Shown: piece after piece, positions 42,640 to 58,049 of the stretch | Layout: every line of letters starts with the position of its first letter | Numbering within the stretch: the first letter of the stretch is position 1 | Source: the human T2T-CHM13v2.0 reference genome, Homo sapiens | DNA length: 64,000 nucleotides | Strand: one strand, 5' to 3' | Assembly: GCF_009914755.1 (NCBI RefSeq) | Contig: NC_060930.1 | Notes under the pieces: generated by a model | The model's database searches: none | What the model saw: only the letters and a program-made list of their open reading frames with translations | What the model was told of the DNA's origin: nothing | Program-made: the position numbers and the translations under genes

Positions 42640-43725
42640 ATTTTAACCTTTATTATAGATTAAAGGGTACACATACAGGTTTGTTACATGGGTAGATTTT
42701 GGAAGGCTGAGGCTTGGTGTCCCAATGATCTCATCACTCAAACAGTAAGCATGGTACCCAACAGGTGGTTTTTCAGCCCAGGTGCCCCTCCTGTCTCACC
42801 TGTCTAGTGATCTCCAGTGCCTCTGGTTCATGTGAATTCAATGTGTAGCTGCCACTTTCCAATGGGAACATGCAGTATGTAGTTTTCTGTTCTTGCATTA
42901 GGTTGCTTAGGATAATAGCCTCTAGTTCCATCCATGTTGCTGAAAAGGACATGATTTTGCTGTGTTTGGTGGCTGCATAGATTTCCATGGTGTTTATGTA
43001 CCACATTTTTTTCATTCAATTCACTGTTGCTGGGCACTTAGGTTGATTCTGTGTCCTTGCTAGTAAGAATAGCACTGTAATGAACATATTGGTGCAGGTG
43101 TCTTTTGGATAAAATGAATTCTTTTCCTGTGGATATATCCCGAGTAGTGGGATTGCAGGCTTGAATGGTAGTTCTATTTTAAGTTCTTGGAGAAATCTCC
43201 AAACTGCTTTCCATAGCGGCTGAACAAGTTTGCTTTCCCACCAACAGTGTCTGTTTCTTTTCCTCTGCAGCCTCACCACCATCTCCAACTTTGTGACTGG
43301 TAAGAGATGGTAACTCATTGCAGTTTTGATTTGCACTTATCTGATGATTAGTGATATTGAGCATTTTTTCACGTTTGTTGGCCACTTGTATGTCTTCTTT
43401 TGAAAAGTGCCTGTTCATGTCTTTGCACATTTTTTAATTGGGTTTTTTCTTCTTGCTTGTCTAATTGTTTAAGTACTTTGTAGATTCTGGATATTGGACC
43501 TTTGTCAGATGCAGAGTTTGCAAATAGTTTCCCCATTCTACAGGCTGTCTGTTTACTGTGTTGCTAGTTTCTTTTTCTGTGCAGAAGCTCTTTAGTTTAA
43601 TGAGGTCCCATTTGTCAATTTTTGTTTTTGTTACAATTGTTTTTAGTGTCTTCTTCATGAAATCTTTGCCAGGCCCTATGTCCACATTGGTATTTCTTAG
43701 CTTATATTCCAGGATTTTCACAGTT
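42640..43725 (-). mobile_element. L1 (old L1PA/PB) 3' fragment
   Basis: ORF2 C-terminal remnants ([36 protein letters not shown]); a shorter paralogous copy lies at 27310-27700. Confidence 0.9.
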
Positions 43726-43959
43726 TTATTACCTGCGCAACATAGGAAGACCCAATCTCTACCTAAATATAAAACAATTTGCCAGGCATGGTGGCATGCG
43801 CCTGTAGTCCCAGCTACTCTAGAGGCTGAGTCTAGAGGATCACTTGAGCCCAGGAGTTGGAGATTACAGTGAGTGATGACTATGCCACTTCACTCCAATA
43901 TGGTTGACAGAATGAGAAAATGTAAAAAAACTATAATGATAAAAAGGATTAATACAATT

Positions 43960-44720
<761 letters not shown>

Positions 44721-45975
44721 CTTGAGGAAAGATGAAGCATTGGTTTAAGTGGCTGAGAAAAACCTGGGTCTGTTCTCCTGGGTGATCCTTCCCAGGCCCT
44801 CCCCATTTCAGAGCTTCTCCCCCAGATAAGGAACATGTTTTTCCCTCCAACCCTACCCCTGGCTGTGCAGCCTTTCCCAAACTCCACCCTCCTTCACCAC
44901 ACCACAGAGGCAGCCCAGGTCCTGTTACAGCCCATAGGGGCTCAGACCTGAGGCTGGTAATGAGGGGTCTGCACCCTCACTCAGGGCCTGCTCCTCCCTT
45001 TCATAGAAGGGTCTAGAGGACCTGGGGGAGCCCTGTCCAAAGAGAGGTCTCTGGATCCACGTTCCCTGGCCTTGGGTGGGTTTGTAGGCAAACCTTCTTT
45101 CTCCTTCGCTCTCAGCCTCTCCTCACCCTGGGAGCTGCACCCATAGCTCTGAATGGGACTGTCCCTGCCCCGCCCCATTCATTCCTGGCCAAGCTCAGTG
45201 GTGACCACGGACCTCTAGCAGCAGCTCAGCTGCCCTAGCTGAGTCCACTCTGCTCCAGGCAGGGCCATCAGCTGGCTCAGGATCTGGAGTGTGCACGAGG
45301 CAGAATGGCAGTGGCATCGTCCCAGGGCCCAGCCAGGAATCCCATGGGTCCAAGGGGCTCGGCCATTTCCTAAACCTCATCCTGGACACGCTCTACTCTT
45401 CACCTTCCACCTTAACTGCTGGGACTCAAGGTGCTCTCTCTGGGAATGCAGCCTTAGGAACTGGGTGGGCCAAGGCCCTCACAGCCCCCTCGTCCTGGGA
45501 TTCCCCCAGGTTTCTCTCTTCTTAGCCTCCTCCAGGGACACCCCTTCCCTTGACATCCTTGGTGAAGTGGCCATGCTACTCCTCTCCTACTGTGCAGACT
45601 GCCCATGCCTGAGTTCCTGCTGCCTGCAGGCCACACACCACTACCCTTCCCAGATAGAAACCTGCTGTGAAATAGGCCTGAACTGTCTAAACCCTCTTGA
45701 ACTCAACTGGCCCTGAGCCTTGATATGGGTCCCTCCCTTTCCCTCTGGCCCTGATGGTGAGAATCCATCAGAACTCAAGGTTGAGCTGCCCAGGTCATTG
45801 CAAACAGGCGACACCAGGTCTCATTCACCTGTCTCATGTCAGAACGAGAAGGTCCCGGCCATGGGGAGAGGTGGGACTCTGGAAATTCTCCTTTCCCTTC
45901 CTCCCACCTCACCCATCTGTCTCTCGTTCCCCTCACAGTTTTGCCCACAGTACCTGTCACTCGAAATGACTCTTC

Positions 45976-46164
<189 letters not shown>

Positions 46165-46766
46165 TCATCCGGGAAGGCAGAGGATTTGTCTCCCCTGCTG
46201 TGGGGCAGCTGCTGTGACAGGTCCTGGGGGTAGGAAGGGAGAAGGGGTGCTCCCTGTCCTCAGGGAGCTCACACAGCTGCTGAGGGAAGCAAGGTGACAG
46301 CACAGCCCACCCTCCTGCTGTGGCGGAAGAGGAGGTGATGCCCTAGGGCCGGGACAGGAGAGTCTCGGGGCTGCCATTCGAGGTGGTTTTGATGGATTTC
46401 CAGAAACAAACCAAGGGAGAGGAAAGGAAAAGTAATCCTAGGAGGAGGGAAATCTAAGGAGAAAGGTCTAGAAACACAATGACGCCCACAGTTTCGAGGC
46501 TGGTGAGAAATCCACAGTGAGTGGAGCAAAAGCAAGTGCAGTGAGGAAGAGGAGTCAGGAGGGAGAGCATAGGCACCCCAAGGAGGAGGCCCCCATGAGG
46601 GGTTCATGTTCTTACACTCACTCAAACACACACTCACACTCACACATACATAGACTCACACCCACTCACACCCATACACCCACACCCACCATACTCAGAC
46701 ACTGACAGACAAGGGTGTAACTCGATGGCATCTCCAACATGCTCCCAGTGCTCCCCTGTCAGTTAC

Positions 46767-47042
46767 CTGTGGGTTCCAGCCTCTTCTTCCTGTGCATCAG
46801 GAAGTCCCTAAGCCAGCTCTTGCAGTCTCTCATTGAGACCATCTTGAAGAAGGTGGTCAGTCCGCTATCCTTCTCCCACTTCTCTTTCATCCGCCTGGCT
46901 CCAGCGTGAACCACTGTCCACTTTCTGTTGTTTGAGTCAAAGAGGAGGAACTTCCGTCCATCGAAGCTGAACTGCCAAGATCCACGGATGTATCCATCGG
47001 CTTCACACTCACAAGACATCCTGACCTGCAGCGTGAGGGGTC
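46767..47042 (-). CDS. ULBP3: ULBP3 exon 3 (alpha2 domain)
   Basis: ggcag|GA CCC CTC...CCC ACA G|gtaac; [35 protein letters not shown]...[20 protein letters not shown]; 276 nt. Confidence 0.97.
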
Positions 47043-47262
47043 CTGCCCCAATCAGAAAGAGATCAGCCCTGGTGTTTACAAATTCTCTTCCCTGTCCCAC
47101 ATCCTCCTATGCTGAGACCATTCTCATCTGGTCCTGTTGTCTCCTCCAAGTCCTGCCCTTGCTGCTGGGCTTCATGGAGGTCCCATGTCTAATTTCTTCT
47201 CCCCACACACAGAACAGCCCCTGAGCCCACAGTCTGCTCCCTTCTGTCCTTGGTCTCTTTCA

Positions 47263-47718
<456 letters not shown>

Positions 47719-50327
47719 CTATACTCACATCCGTCAGCACAGGACCCTGCCAGGGAGGTGGCAGGCCCACTACAGGAAGAAGGACTTAGATGGCAGGATC
47801 TGCAGGAGCAGCCCAGGTGGACTGCAAGAGGCGGGAGAGTGTGGGAGGGCACCCTGAGGATGTTGGAGCGTGGTGCAGTGGGTACGATGTAGTTAACATT
47901 GGATAAGGATGAGTTCATTTATTATGGGTAACAAGACATGGTAAGTTCCCTGGAATGTGGTCAGCTGCTAGTAGGTTGCCCTTGGAACCTTGGAAAAAGG
48001 AATGACCCACACCGCATGAAACAGAAAACCCAGGTCTTACGTGGCAGGTTGTACAGGAAGGAACAAAATACTAAGAGAAGTGCCCATGCCAGAGTGACTG
48101 CAGTATGAAAATCCAGAACAATGTTCACCCTCTGTGCTCAAGGGAAGCCTGGAAGACTCCTGTTTACCTAGCATATAAAGAAGGCCCCAGGAGAAGGCAG
48201 CAGACTGTCAAGAAGCTCAGGGATGCCTGTTGCTGAAGCCCAGGGTCAGGGGTAGGAGATGCTCTTCCTGAAATGGGCTCCCGGTAGTAATGGGGATGGA
48301 AAATCCTGAAATAAGAGATCTCAAGTGGAGGCCGTCAACTGTCAGCAGGAAGGAGGGTGCAATGATGGAAATAATTAGAGAAGTCACAATGCTAGCTGGG
48401 GTCCTCAGTCTTACAAAGCTATGCCCATGGCTCATAGAACAAAAGGGTCCAAGATCCAAAAGAGATGGAGACTCCACCCGGATACTACTAGATTTAAATA
48501 ATTACCACAAAGACAAAATGCAAGGATGGATGACCAGGAGGCTGAAAGTTGTCACCCCGGGAAATAACTGAGCTCCCTCGCCCAGCTTTGAGAACTGAGC
48601 CACATCTCAGACGCAGAGTCCATTACTAGAAGGAGAGCCCAGAGCCCCTGGTGGGCTCCTTCAACCCCACAGCAATTGCAATGACTCCTTCAGCCTCCCC
48701 CACAGAGCCAGATGGGTAGTCACTCTGGTAACTGTACACCATGAAACAGCAAATACTCAGACACTCCTAGTGGACACAGTGTGTGATCCGAGCTCTTCCC
48801 AGGGATGTGAAGCATTAACTTGCTCCCCTGTTACTCATGAGGTGCATTTGGGGCAAAGTAACAGATGGACTTCTGTGTCAGGTCCAGCTTAGAGGGATGT
48901 GCTGGGTTCATAGACCCATTCAATGGTAATTTCACATTTCCTGGATTTCTACCGGGAATGGATAGTGTTTGTAGTTAATGTAGTAACTATTATAGTTTGT
49001 GCTGGTCATATGACCTCCCCTGTCACTACTCAACTCTGCTCTTATAGCTGGGATGCAGCCATACACACTCTGTGATGAGGGGTGTGGCTGGACCTGCCAC
49101 TACAGCTATTTGACCCTGGACTCCCTAAGATCCCAGAAGCATGTGTGGTTGGAAAAGGTGCTATGTGGATTTCATGGCTATTCCCAACCACAGAATCCAA
49201 CAGGGTCCCCTAGTGCTCAGAAGCAAAGCTGTGCCACTCACAGCAGTGAAATCCCCTCATTTAAAAGTGGCTCCTGCTGTGGTCCTGGGCCCCTGTGGAG
49301 ATGGGCCTCCAGCTATGGGAGGGCAGTGACCACACAGCCTCAGAGCTGCCCATCACAGGGTGGGCTCCTCACCCTTTAGGTCATTAGGAAGATAGGCCCC
49401 ACAGTGAGAAGACACAGGTGGGTCTCCTGGGATGGGCAGGAGCAGGGCCACAGGGAACCAAGAAGCTGCACAAGCAGTTGGCTCTGATCCCCAGGACACC
49501 ACATGGCTACACCCCCCCACCCTCAGGTCACACCTGAGGCTTCAGGGAGGGTCCCTGAATGGCCCCTGGGGACCGTTAATGCTACTCAGCAACAAAGGAG
49601 GGGAGCAGTAGGCCCCGAACCATGGGACTCCCCCTCACATTCATCACATCCACACCTCCCAGAAGCCGCAGGCAGGGTAGGACACACTTGTGACTCTTCA
49701 ACTTACACAACTTAGAGATGACACCCTAGGGGATGGGGCAGCAATTGCCAGGACACAGCATGTGCCCTCATCTGGAGTCTGCAACCTAGGACAGGGTCCA
49801 TTTCAGGTTTCTCTTTTACTTGCAGGTTGCCATTGCCTGCTGTTGCTCTACAAAGGGACGGGACTTGACACAGAGACAGAGAACTCACGGCCAGCAAGGA
49901 CCAAAGTGCCTTCAGCCTTTCCTTTCTAGAAAGGGTTTGCTGACTCCTGTCTGCTTAGTGACTATTCTATATGACGCTGGTGTCACCCATGTCTTGACCC
50001 CAGCTCGGGTTCCGGGGGCTCTGGTTTCTCCTTCCCGAGGACGAGTGGGGCTGCGGGGTTGCACCAGGGATCCCCTCCCCACCTCGCCCTCTGCAGCTTT
50101 TTGGCCCCTCCACCCTCCTGCGGTTCTTTTTTCGCCTTCTTTGACCCCCCTCCTGCCCTGCAGGGCAAGCAGCAGCCGCAGGAAGCGGACCTGGCGAAAA
50201 AGAGCAGCGAATCGGAACTGAGCGTGGGGGCAGTCCGGGGAGATCGCGCCGGTCCTTCTAGAAGGCTTCCCTCCTCTGAAACCCGCTGCAGTCCACAGCC
50301 CCCCAGGTTTGGCCCCCGCCCCGCTTA

Positions 50328-51000
<673 letters not shown>

Positions 51001-52699
51001 GACCTTCTTTGCCTCTCCACTAAAAGCATGAGGAATATATAGAATATATATAGAATAAAGTATATTCTATATCCCTTTATGACTTCTGGGAAAAAAAAGA
51101 AAGAAAAGAAAGCCCTAGTGGCCTACCGTGATCAGTGATCAAATGATCAATTGTGTTTCCATGGAGAGCAGAAGCCGAGGGAGGGTCTACGCATGCGTGG
51201 GGCTCACTTTGCTGTACACCCATCTGTGGCCAGCTACACGCAAATCCATGGCTGCACGCGCATCTCTGCCCTGTCCCTGGATGGTGACTGCAGCCATCCT
51301 CAAAGCGGCAACCCGAGTGTATCCTCGTCTCAGTCACCATGGAAACATCTAGATCTGTGGGCAGAAGCCAGAGGGAGGTGATGGGCCCAGTGGCCCTTGG
51401 CCGCAAGGGAGGGCTTTAGCCTGGGATGAGGAGTGGACAGAGATCTTGAGTGCCACTCAGGCCCCAGCCACTCAGCCCATTCCCTATTGAATGAGAAAAA
51501 TCGGCACAGACCTCCCACTCCGTACAGTCTTCATGTTGGGATCACCTGCACCTGGTGATCATCAATCCCGAGGGTCCTGAGGCTGTGGGAAAGAGGAGGA
51601 GGCCTGGACAAAGCCCAGGGCCTGTTTCTGCTTCAGGACAGAGTCATGGGAGGGCAGCCACCTCTGTGACTGAGCAGGGACACAGGAGCCTAGAAGATTC
51701 TGGCCTGATGCACTAGAGCCCCTGTGCAGGAGGGGCCATGTGGAGGGTAGTTTGGAGGACAACAGACACACAAGGGTGGGCAGTTCTCAGATTTGGGAGG
51801 GGCAGAGCTTGGCGGGTCCCAGGATCTGTGTGTGAGAAGAGCCTCCCATGTACAGGGCTGGGGGCAGGAGCCCAGGTTAGTCCTGGGAGGAGGCCTCTGG
51901 GAAGGCCCTGGCAGCACCACCCCGAGGCCAGGTGACCTGGGCCAGTGACTGGGGGAACAGGAGGAAGGTAGAAGGAGGCTGGCAGGAGAGCCCCAAGCAG
52001 GACAGGAGGAGGGGCTTTTGTGCACACCTGGGCCCTCCTGACTCACCCCTGCTGCAGGCATCTGGCCAACAGACTCAGGCCTGCCCAGGATGGGGATAGA
52101 AGTGGCCCAAATGTTATTGTAATGGCCGGGATCTAGAGATCATGCATTCAGATATGGAAGTCAGCTGATATTGTGGCTGAATATTCCTGTGCAAGCTTCT
52201 TCAGCTTTCTAGGAATGGATGTCTGCATGTGGAAAATGACAAATGCTATGAACACAGATGAAATGAGCAGATTCTACAAGGAACCCTGTCCTTGCACATG
52301 CTAAGGACCCAGGGCAGGTCTCCTATTTCAGTTGTGAGGCCTCCAGCTCTCCCTGAAGTCAGCAACTGCCAGGCCCACCCTGAGGAGAGCTGGATCTCTG
52401 AGCCCAGGCCATGGCCTCTTCATGGCCCTGGGGGCGCTGTGATGGGGAGGAAATGAAAACAAGACCCACCATCAAGACTCAGGCATGTTTTTCAGACCCA
52501 CAGAGGATGATTTTTCTCTCCATCACCTGGTGAGCCTGACGTGATGTAAGGGTGGTTGGAAGCTGAGTGAACCAGTGAATGAATGAGACAGTTGTGGGAG
52601 TGAATGGGACTCAGAAGAATAGCACAGGTTCAGAGGGGAGCTGGAGCGGAGGTTGTAACCCCCAGCGGCCTGAAGGTGGCAGCATCGAGGTTGGTAATT

Positions 52700-53548
<849 letters not shown>

Positions 53549-53709
53549 TGAAATACTTGCCTTTTAAGCAAAGAAAGAACGAGTCTGAAAGTGGGAATGG
53601 AAATGGGAAAAGATAACCGGGCCAGGAGGAAAGAGGAGAAAAGAAGGGTTGGGGTCTGAGAGGTAGCAAGGATTCAAGCATTTCCTGCCCCATGGCCTGG
53701 AGTTGCAAG

Positions 53710-53998
53710 TGGGCGGGGCAGGGCTACTGGAGCTGTGACAGCCTTGAGGGCCAGGGTGACTCACGCAGCGGCTCTCTGCTTCCTCTGGGTGTGTCACACC
53801 CTGGGCTCCTGGTCCCCAGTGGCACAGGTGCTGGCGCGAAGTTGGGTGTTTGCCTCCAGCCTCTGCTCCTGCTGCCAGGCTGGTCCAGGGCAGGTTGGGG
53901 CGGGGCAGTGAGTTCTGGGGCTGGACCCTAAGCAGGGGTGTGGGCAAATATGGGGGTCTTGGACTGCAGGGGGTCAGGAGAGGGGAGGCTTCTGGAAG
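53710..53998 (+). pseudogene. Orphan ULBP leader exon with promoter motifs and start of intron 1
   Basis: ctcctggtcccca GTG GCA...TGC CTC CAG CCT CTG CTC CTG CTG CCA GGC TGG TCC AGG GCA GGT TGG = CLQPLLLLPGWSRAGW; gtgagt donor at 53908; the next ~90 nt match the start of ULBP3 intron 1. Confidence 0.8.
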
Positions 53999-54369
53999 TT
54001 CCTGAAGGTTGCCCTGGGATTTAATGCGACATTGCTAGCTAGAGCCAGCTTGGCATGGGGAGAGCGATGCGAGACTGATGAAAAGCGTGCAGCCTGATTT
54101 AAAGCCAAACCCTGAGTCCTTTCCAAGAACAATAAAGCATATTGTAGTCGCTAAAAGAAACAAATACAAAAAAAATTAAAAAGTAGCCTTTCTTCGCAGA
54201 TACAGCACGTTTTATTTTTAATCTTTACATTTAACATTGTCTTTTGAAAATAGTGTATATTATTTGATATTTTAAAATCCAACCTGGGAGTTTCAGTGAT
54301 TTATGTGATAAGTTTAGTAGTTCACTTTTATTGTAATTACTACTGTTTAGGATTTAGCTCTGCCATCTT

Positions 54370-54990
54370 TTTTATTTATTATTTATTTATTTTTATTTAT
54401 TTATTTTTTCTCTGTCGCCCAGGCTGTAGTGCAGTGGCACGATCTCGGCTTGATGCAAGCTCCTCCTCCTGGGTTCATACCGTTCTCCTGCTTCAGCCTC
54501 CCGAGTAACTGGGACTATAGGCGCCCGCCACCACGCCCAGCTAGTTTTTTTTTTTTTTTTTTTTTGTATTTTTAGTAGAGACGAGGTTTCACCTTGTTAG
54601 CCAGGATGGTCTCAATCTCCTGACCTTGTGATCCACCCACCTCTGCCTCCCATAGTGCTGGGATTACAGGCATGAGCCACCGTGCCCAGCCTATCTATTT
54701 ATTTTTTTTAAGATATGGGGTCTTCCTCTGTTGCCCAGGTTGGAGTGCAGCGGCGTGGTCATAGCTCACTGCAGCCTCTAACTCCTGGGCTCAGGCCATC
54801 TTACTGCCTCAGCCTCCGAGTAGCCAGGACTACAAGCATGCGCCACCCACTGGGCTAATTTTCTATATTTGTCTGTAGAGATGGGGTCTGCCTATATTGC
54901 CCAGGCTGGTCTTGAACTCCTGAGCTCAAGCGATCCTCCTGCCTTGGCCTCCCAAAGTGCAGGGATTACAGGCGTGAGCCACTGTGCCTG
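54370..54990 (-). mobile_element. Two tandem antisense Alus
   Basis: AluY-like followed by AluJ-like. Confidence 0.9.
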
Positions 54991-55785
54991 GTGCACATGT
55001 ATTTATTGTGTTTTTTATTGCTGGCATTTCCCCTCCGTAACTGTGTTCTATTTAGTATACTGAGGGTTTTTTTTCTGTTGGTTTAAAAGTTATACATTCT
55101 AGTTTTCTTCTCAGGGTGGCTGCCCTTAACCTATGACTCATACCAATATGTGTCACATTTATTGGTATTATTGGTTTTGTTTTATTCCTAATTTTAGAAG
55201 TCTCAGCATGTTTTCCTATCCCTTTCGTGTGCCACCTCCAGCCCCATTTTCCTGATATCTTTCCTAGCTGTAATTCTCGGTTATTCTTAGCTACACTTCT
55301 TTGTTTCTGTGATCCTAACTTCACATTTCCCCTTGTTGTGAAATAACAGTAATCTGGAATAGATTCCTTAGTCACTTGTCCTCCTCGGTTCTCTTGTCGT
55401 ATCTCCTGTGTTTCTCTCGCTATTGAGGTAACTTCCTCTAAACTATTTCCAACTTGGATCTTTAGGAGGCAAATATCCTTCAAGTTTTCTACGTTTTGAA
55501 TATTTCTAATACACTGTGGTGGGCAGGATTCGGCAGCTGTCCCTTCAAGTTTCCTGTACCTTTCTAGAACAATATGTTCTAGAAAACACTGATGATAGGA
55601 CAACTAACGGCTGTCTTAGCCTGTTTGTTTGAGCCTGGTGCATACCAGCAGCAGGAAAATCCAGTATTTTAAGCAAAGAAGGAATGCATATGAAAGTGGG
55701 AATGGAAATGGGAAAGGAAAGGGGACAAGGAAGAAGGGGATGGAGATAATAAGGGGTGAGGGCCTAGAGAAACCAGCTGCTCCTC

Positions 55786-55868
55786 GTCTAGGCACCGCTA
55801 GTCTAGGTACTGTGAGTCTAGGTACCACTAGTCTGGGCACTGAGAGTCTAGGTACCGCTAGTCTAGGC
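55786..55868 (+). repeat. 15-bp minisatellite (~5.5 copies)
   Basis: gtctaggcaccgcta / gtctaggtactgtga / gtctaggtaccacta / gtctgggcactgaga / gtctaggtaccgcta / gtctaggc. Confidence 0.9.
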
Positions 55869-55879
55869 TCTGCACAGTC

Positions 55880-56400
55880 ATAATTAAAGCTACTCATCAG
55901 TTGACCTTAAAATAGAGAGATTTTACTGGATTCTCTGAGTGGGCCCAGTGCCATTACATGAGCTCTAAAAAGCAGAGAATTTTCTCAGGCTGGAGCCAAG
56001 AAATATGCGTCTAATGTCAGAGAGATTCTAAGCATGAGAAGGATTCCATGCACTGTTGCTGGCTCTGAGATGTGGGGGCCATGAGCAAGACTGGAGAGGG
56101 GCCTCTGGGAGTTAGGGAAGGGCTGCAGCTGACAGCCTGCAGGGAAGCTGAGACCTCAGTCCCACAGGTCCAAGGACTGGATTCTGCCAGCAACCTGAGT
56201 GCACTTGGAAGCAGATACTTCCTAGAACCTCCCAATCAGAGCCCAGCGGGTGGACACCTTGACCTTGACCTTGAGGAACTGGGAGCAGAGAAACAAATCA
56301 AGCCATCTCAGACTTGCAACCTAGAGGACTGTGAAATAATAAAGATGTACAGATTTAAGCAGATAAGTATGTGGCAATTTGTTATAGCTGCAACAGAAAA
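55880..56400 (+). mobile_element. MLT1 (MaLR) LTR fragment
   Basis: agttgaccttaaaatagagagatt...ggattctgccagcaacctgagt...gtggcaatttgttatagc. Confidence 0.7.
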
Positions 56401-58049
56401 GATATCTTCCTGTTTAAATGAGAATTTGACTGGATATAAAATTCTAGGCTGAAGTTCTTTTCCTTCATATTTTAGAAAGAATACTCCATTGTTATCTTGC
56501 AACCAGGGTTGCTGTTGTGTAGTCTGAGGGCCAAATGTTTCCTTCTTTCTTCCATTGTTTCTCTGGGGTAATATGGGGGAGGGAGCCAGAAGCCTGAGAT
56601 TCTTTCCTGTCTTCATCCAGTGGATTTGTACCGTTCCAGGCTGTTAGTCACAGTCTCAAAGAGGTGGAGAATGGTTTCTAGTTTAACCTACCTTTTCATA
56701 GAAGCACTTGTAGATTGGACAAGTTTATTGGTTTTCTCTTATTCGACTACTGCTAGTCTTCTCTCCTTCTATCTTTTATAAATATTAAATTTATTGAGAT
56801 GTAATTTACAGACAATACTCCTTTGTGAACATAGGAGCTTAAAGTCTCTTATCTTTGGGAGTATATTGAAACATGTAGGCATTTGGCCATATGATAAGGC
56901 ATGTTCCCAAGCTATAAACATTAAACAGATGAATGATATTACTTCAGTCATGAATCATCTTACTAACATGCCAATTCTGTAGAAAATCACATTTCTAGCA
57001 GTGCTTGCTTCAGGTTTGCAGGAGAGAAAAACAACAATGTTTTCACTGGACATTGGCTTTTAGACAAAATGAATGCTAGAACTCTATTAAATTCATTTTT
57101 ACTTCCTATCATTTCTATATTTTATAGATTTCATAAAATCGGCCCACAGTCTTAAATTTATGATAATTGTAATAGATATCTTAGTAAAATACCCAATCTC
57201 TTTCAGTTACTGGAAACACTTATAAATTCTAGGCTTTAACAACAAATAGCACATTGTAGAACAGCAGTGTCGTTTAAAAACTGAACTTAGTTGAGTTAAT
57301 CAGACGTGACAGGATATTTTATGACCCTAACAGAAGCTTAATGAACAATGTTGAATAGATTTCAATACTTTTTATAATATATCTAAACTGTGTCAATTAT
57401 GGTAACACTGCCTTTGAGAAGAAATCATCAGTTTTGGATTTAACATACAGGATGGCACCCTAGAAAATGTTAAAACGTCAGGAGAATTGTACCTTTAAGA
57501 GTGGAAATGAGTAATGAAAATACACATTACCAGAGTCACCTCCTGGGATGCCTGGACATTTACTTGGGATTTGAGCATTTTTCTGCCTAGAAACGGCAAA
57601 ACTGACTGTTTAGCTGTAACTGGCAGGCACCACGTGCCATAGCAACAACAGAGCAAGAAAACCAGGAAAAGCTTTTGCTCAAAATAAAGTTATTTCAAAT
57701 CTTGTTTTCAAAGCTTTTTTGCTGAGGTGCCTCTTCCACCCAAGAAACTAACAAAGAGCCACAGCAGCACCAATGATGACCAGCGAGAGCAGCACTGTGC
57801 ATGTAAAATCCAGTAAAGCACTCTGCCCCGAGGATTCATCACTGCAGCTTTCCTAAGGGTTAGAATGTTTTCTACCTGACTGATCCGGGAATGTGCAAGC
57901 CAAAAAATTAACAAAAATGATCCCTGGCTTGTGGAGATCCACAGGCATTGAACAGAATCAAACATAATATCTCTGCAGAACACAACCTCACGTAGGCAAC
58001 AGAGGTTTCCTGCAGTAAGAAAGCCATGCCACAAAAAGCTCAGAAACCT

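Noticed and set aside
42773-43721. L1 ORF2-like peptides as an active retroelement
   Set aside because: Fragmented, frameshifted 3' remnant only
55052-55603. 183-aa minus-strand ORF
   Set aside because: Composition resembles decayed L1-type sequence; no splice context or recognisable domain
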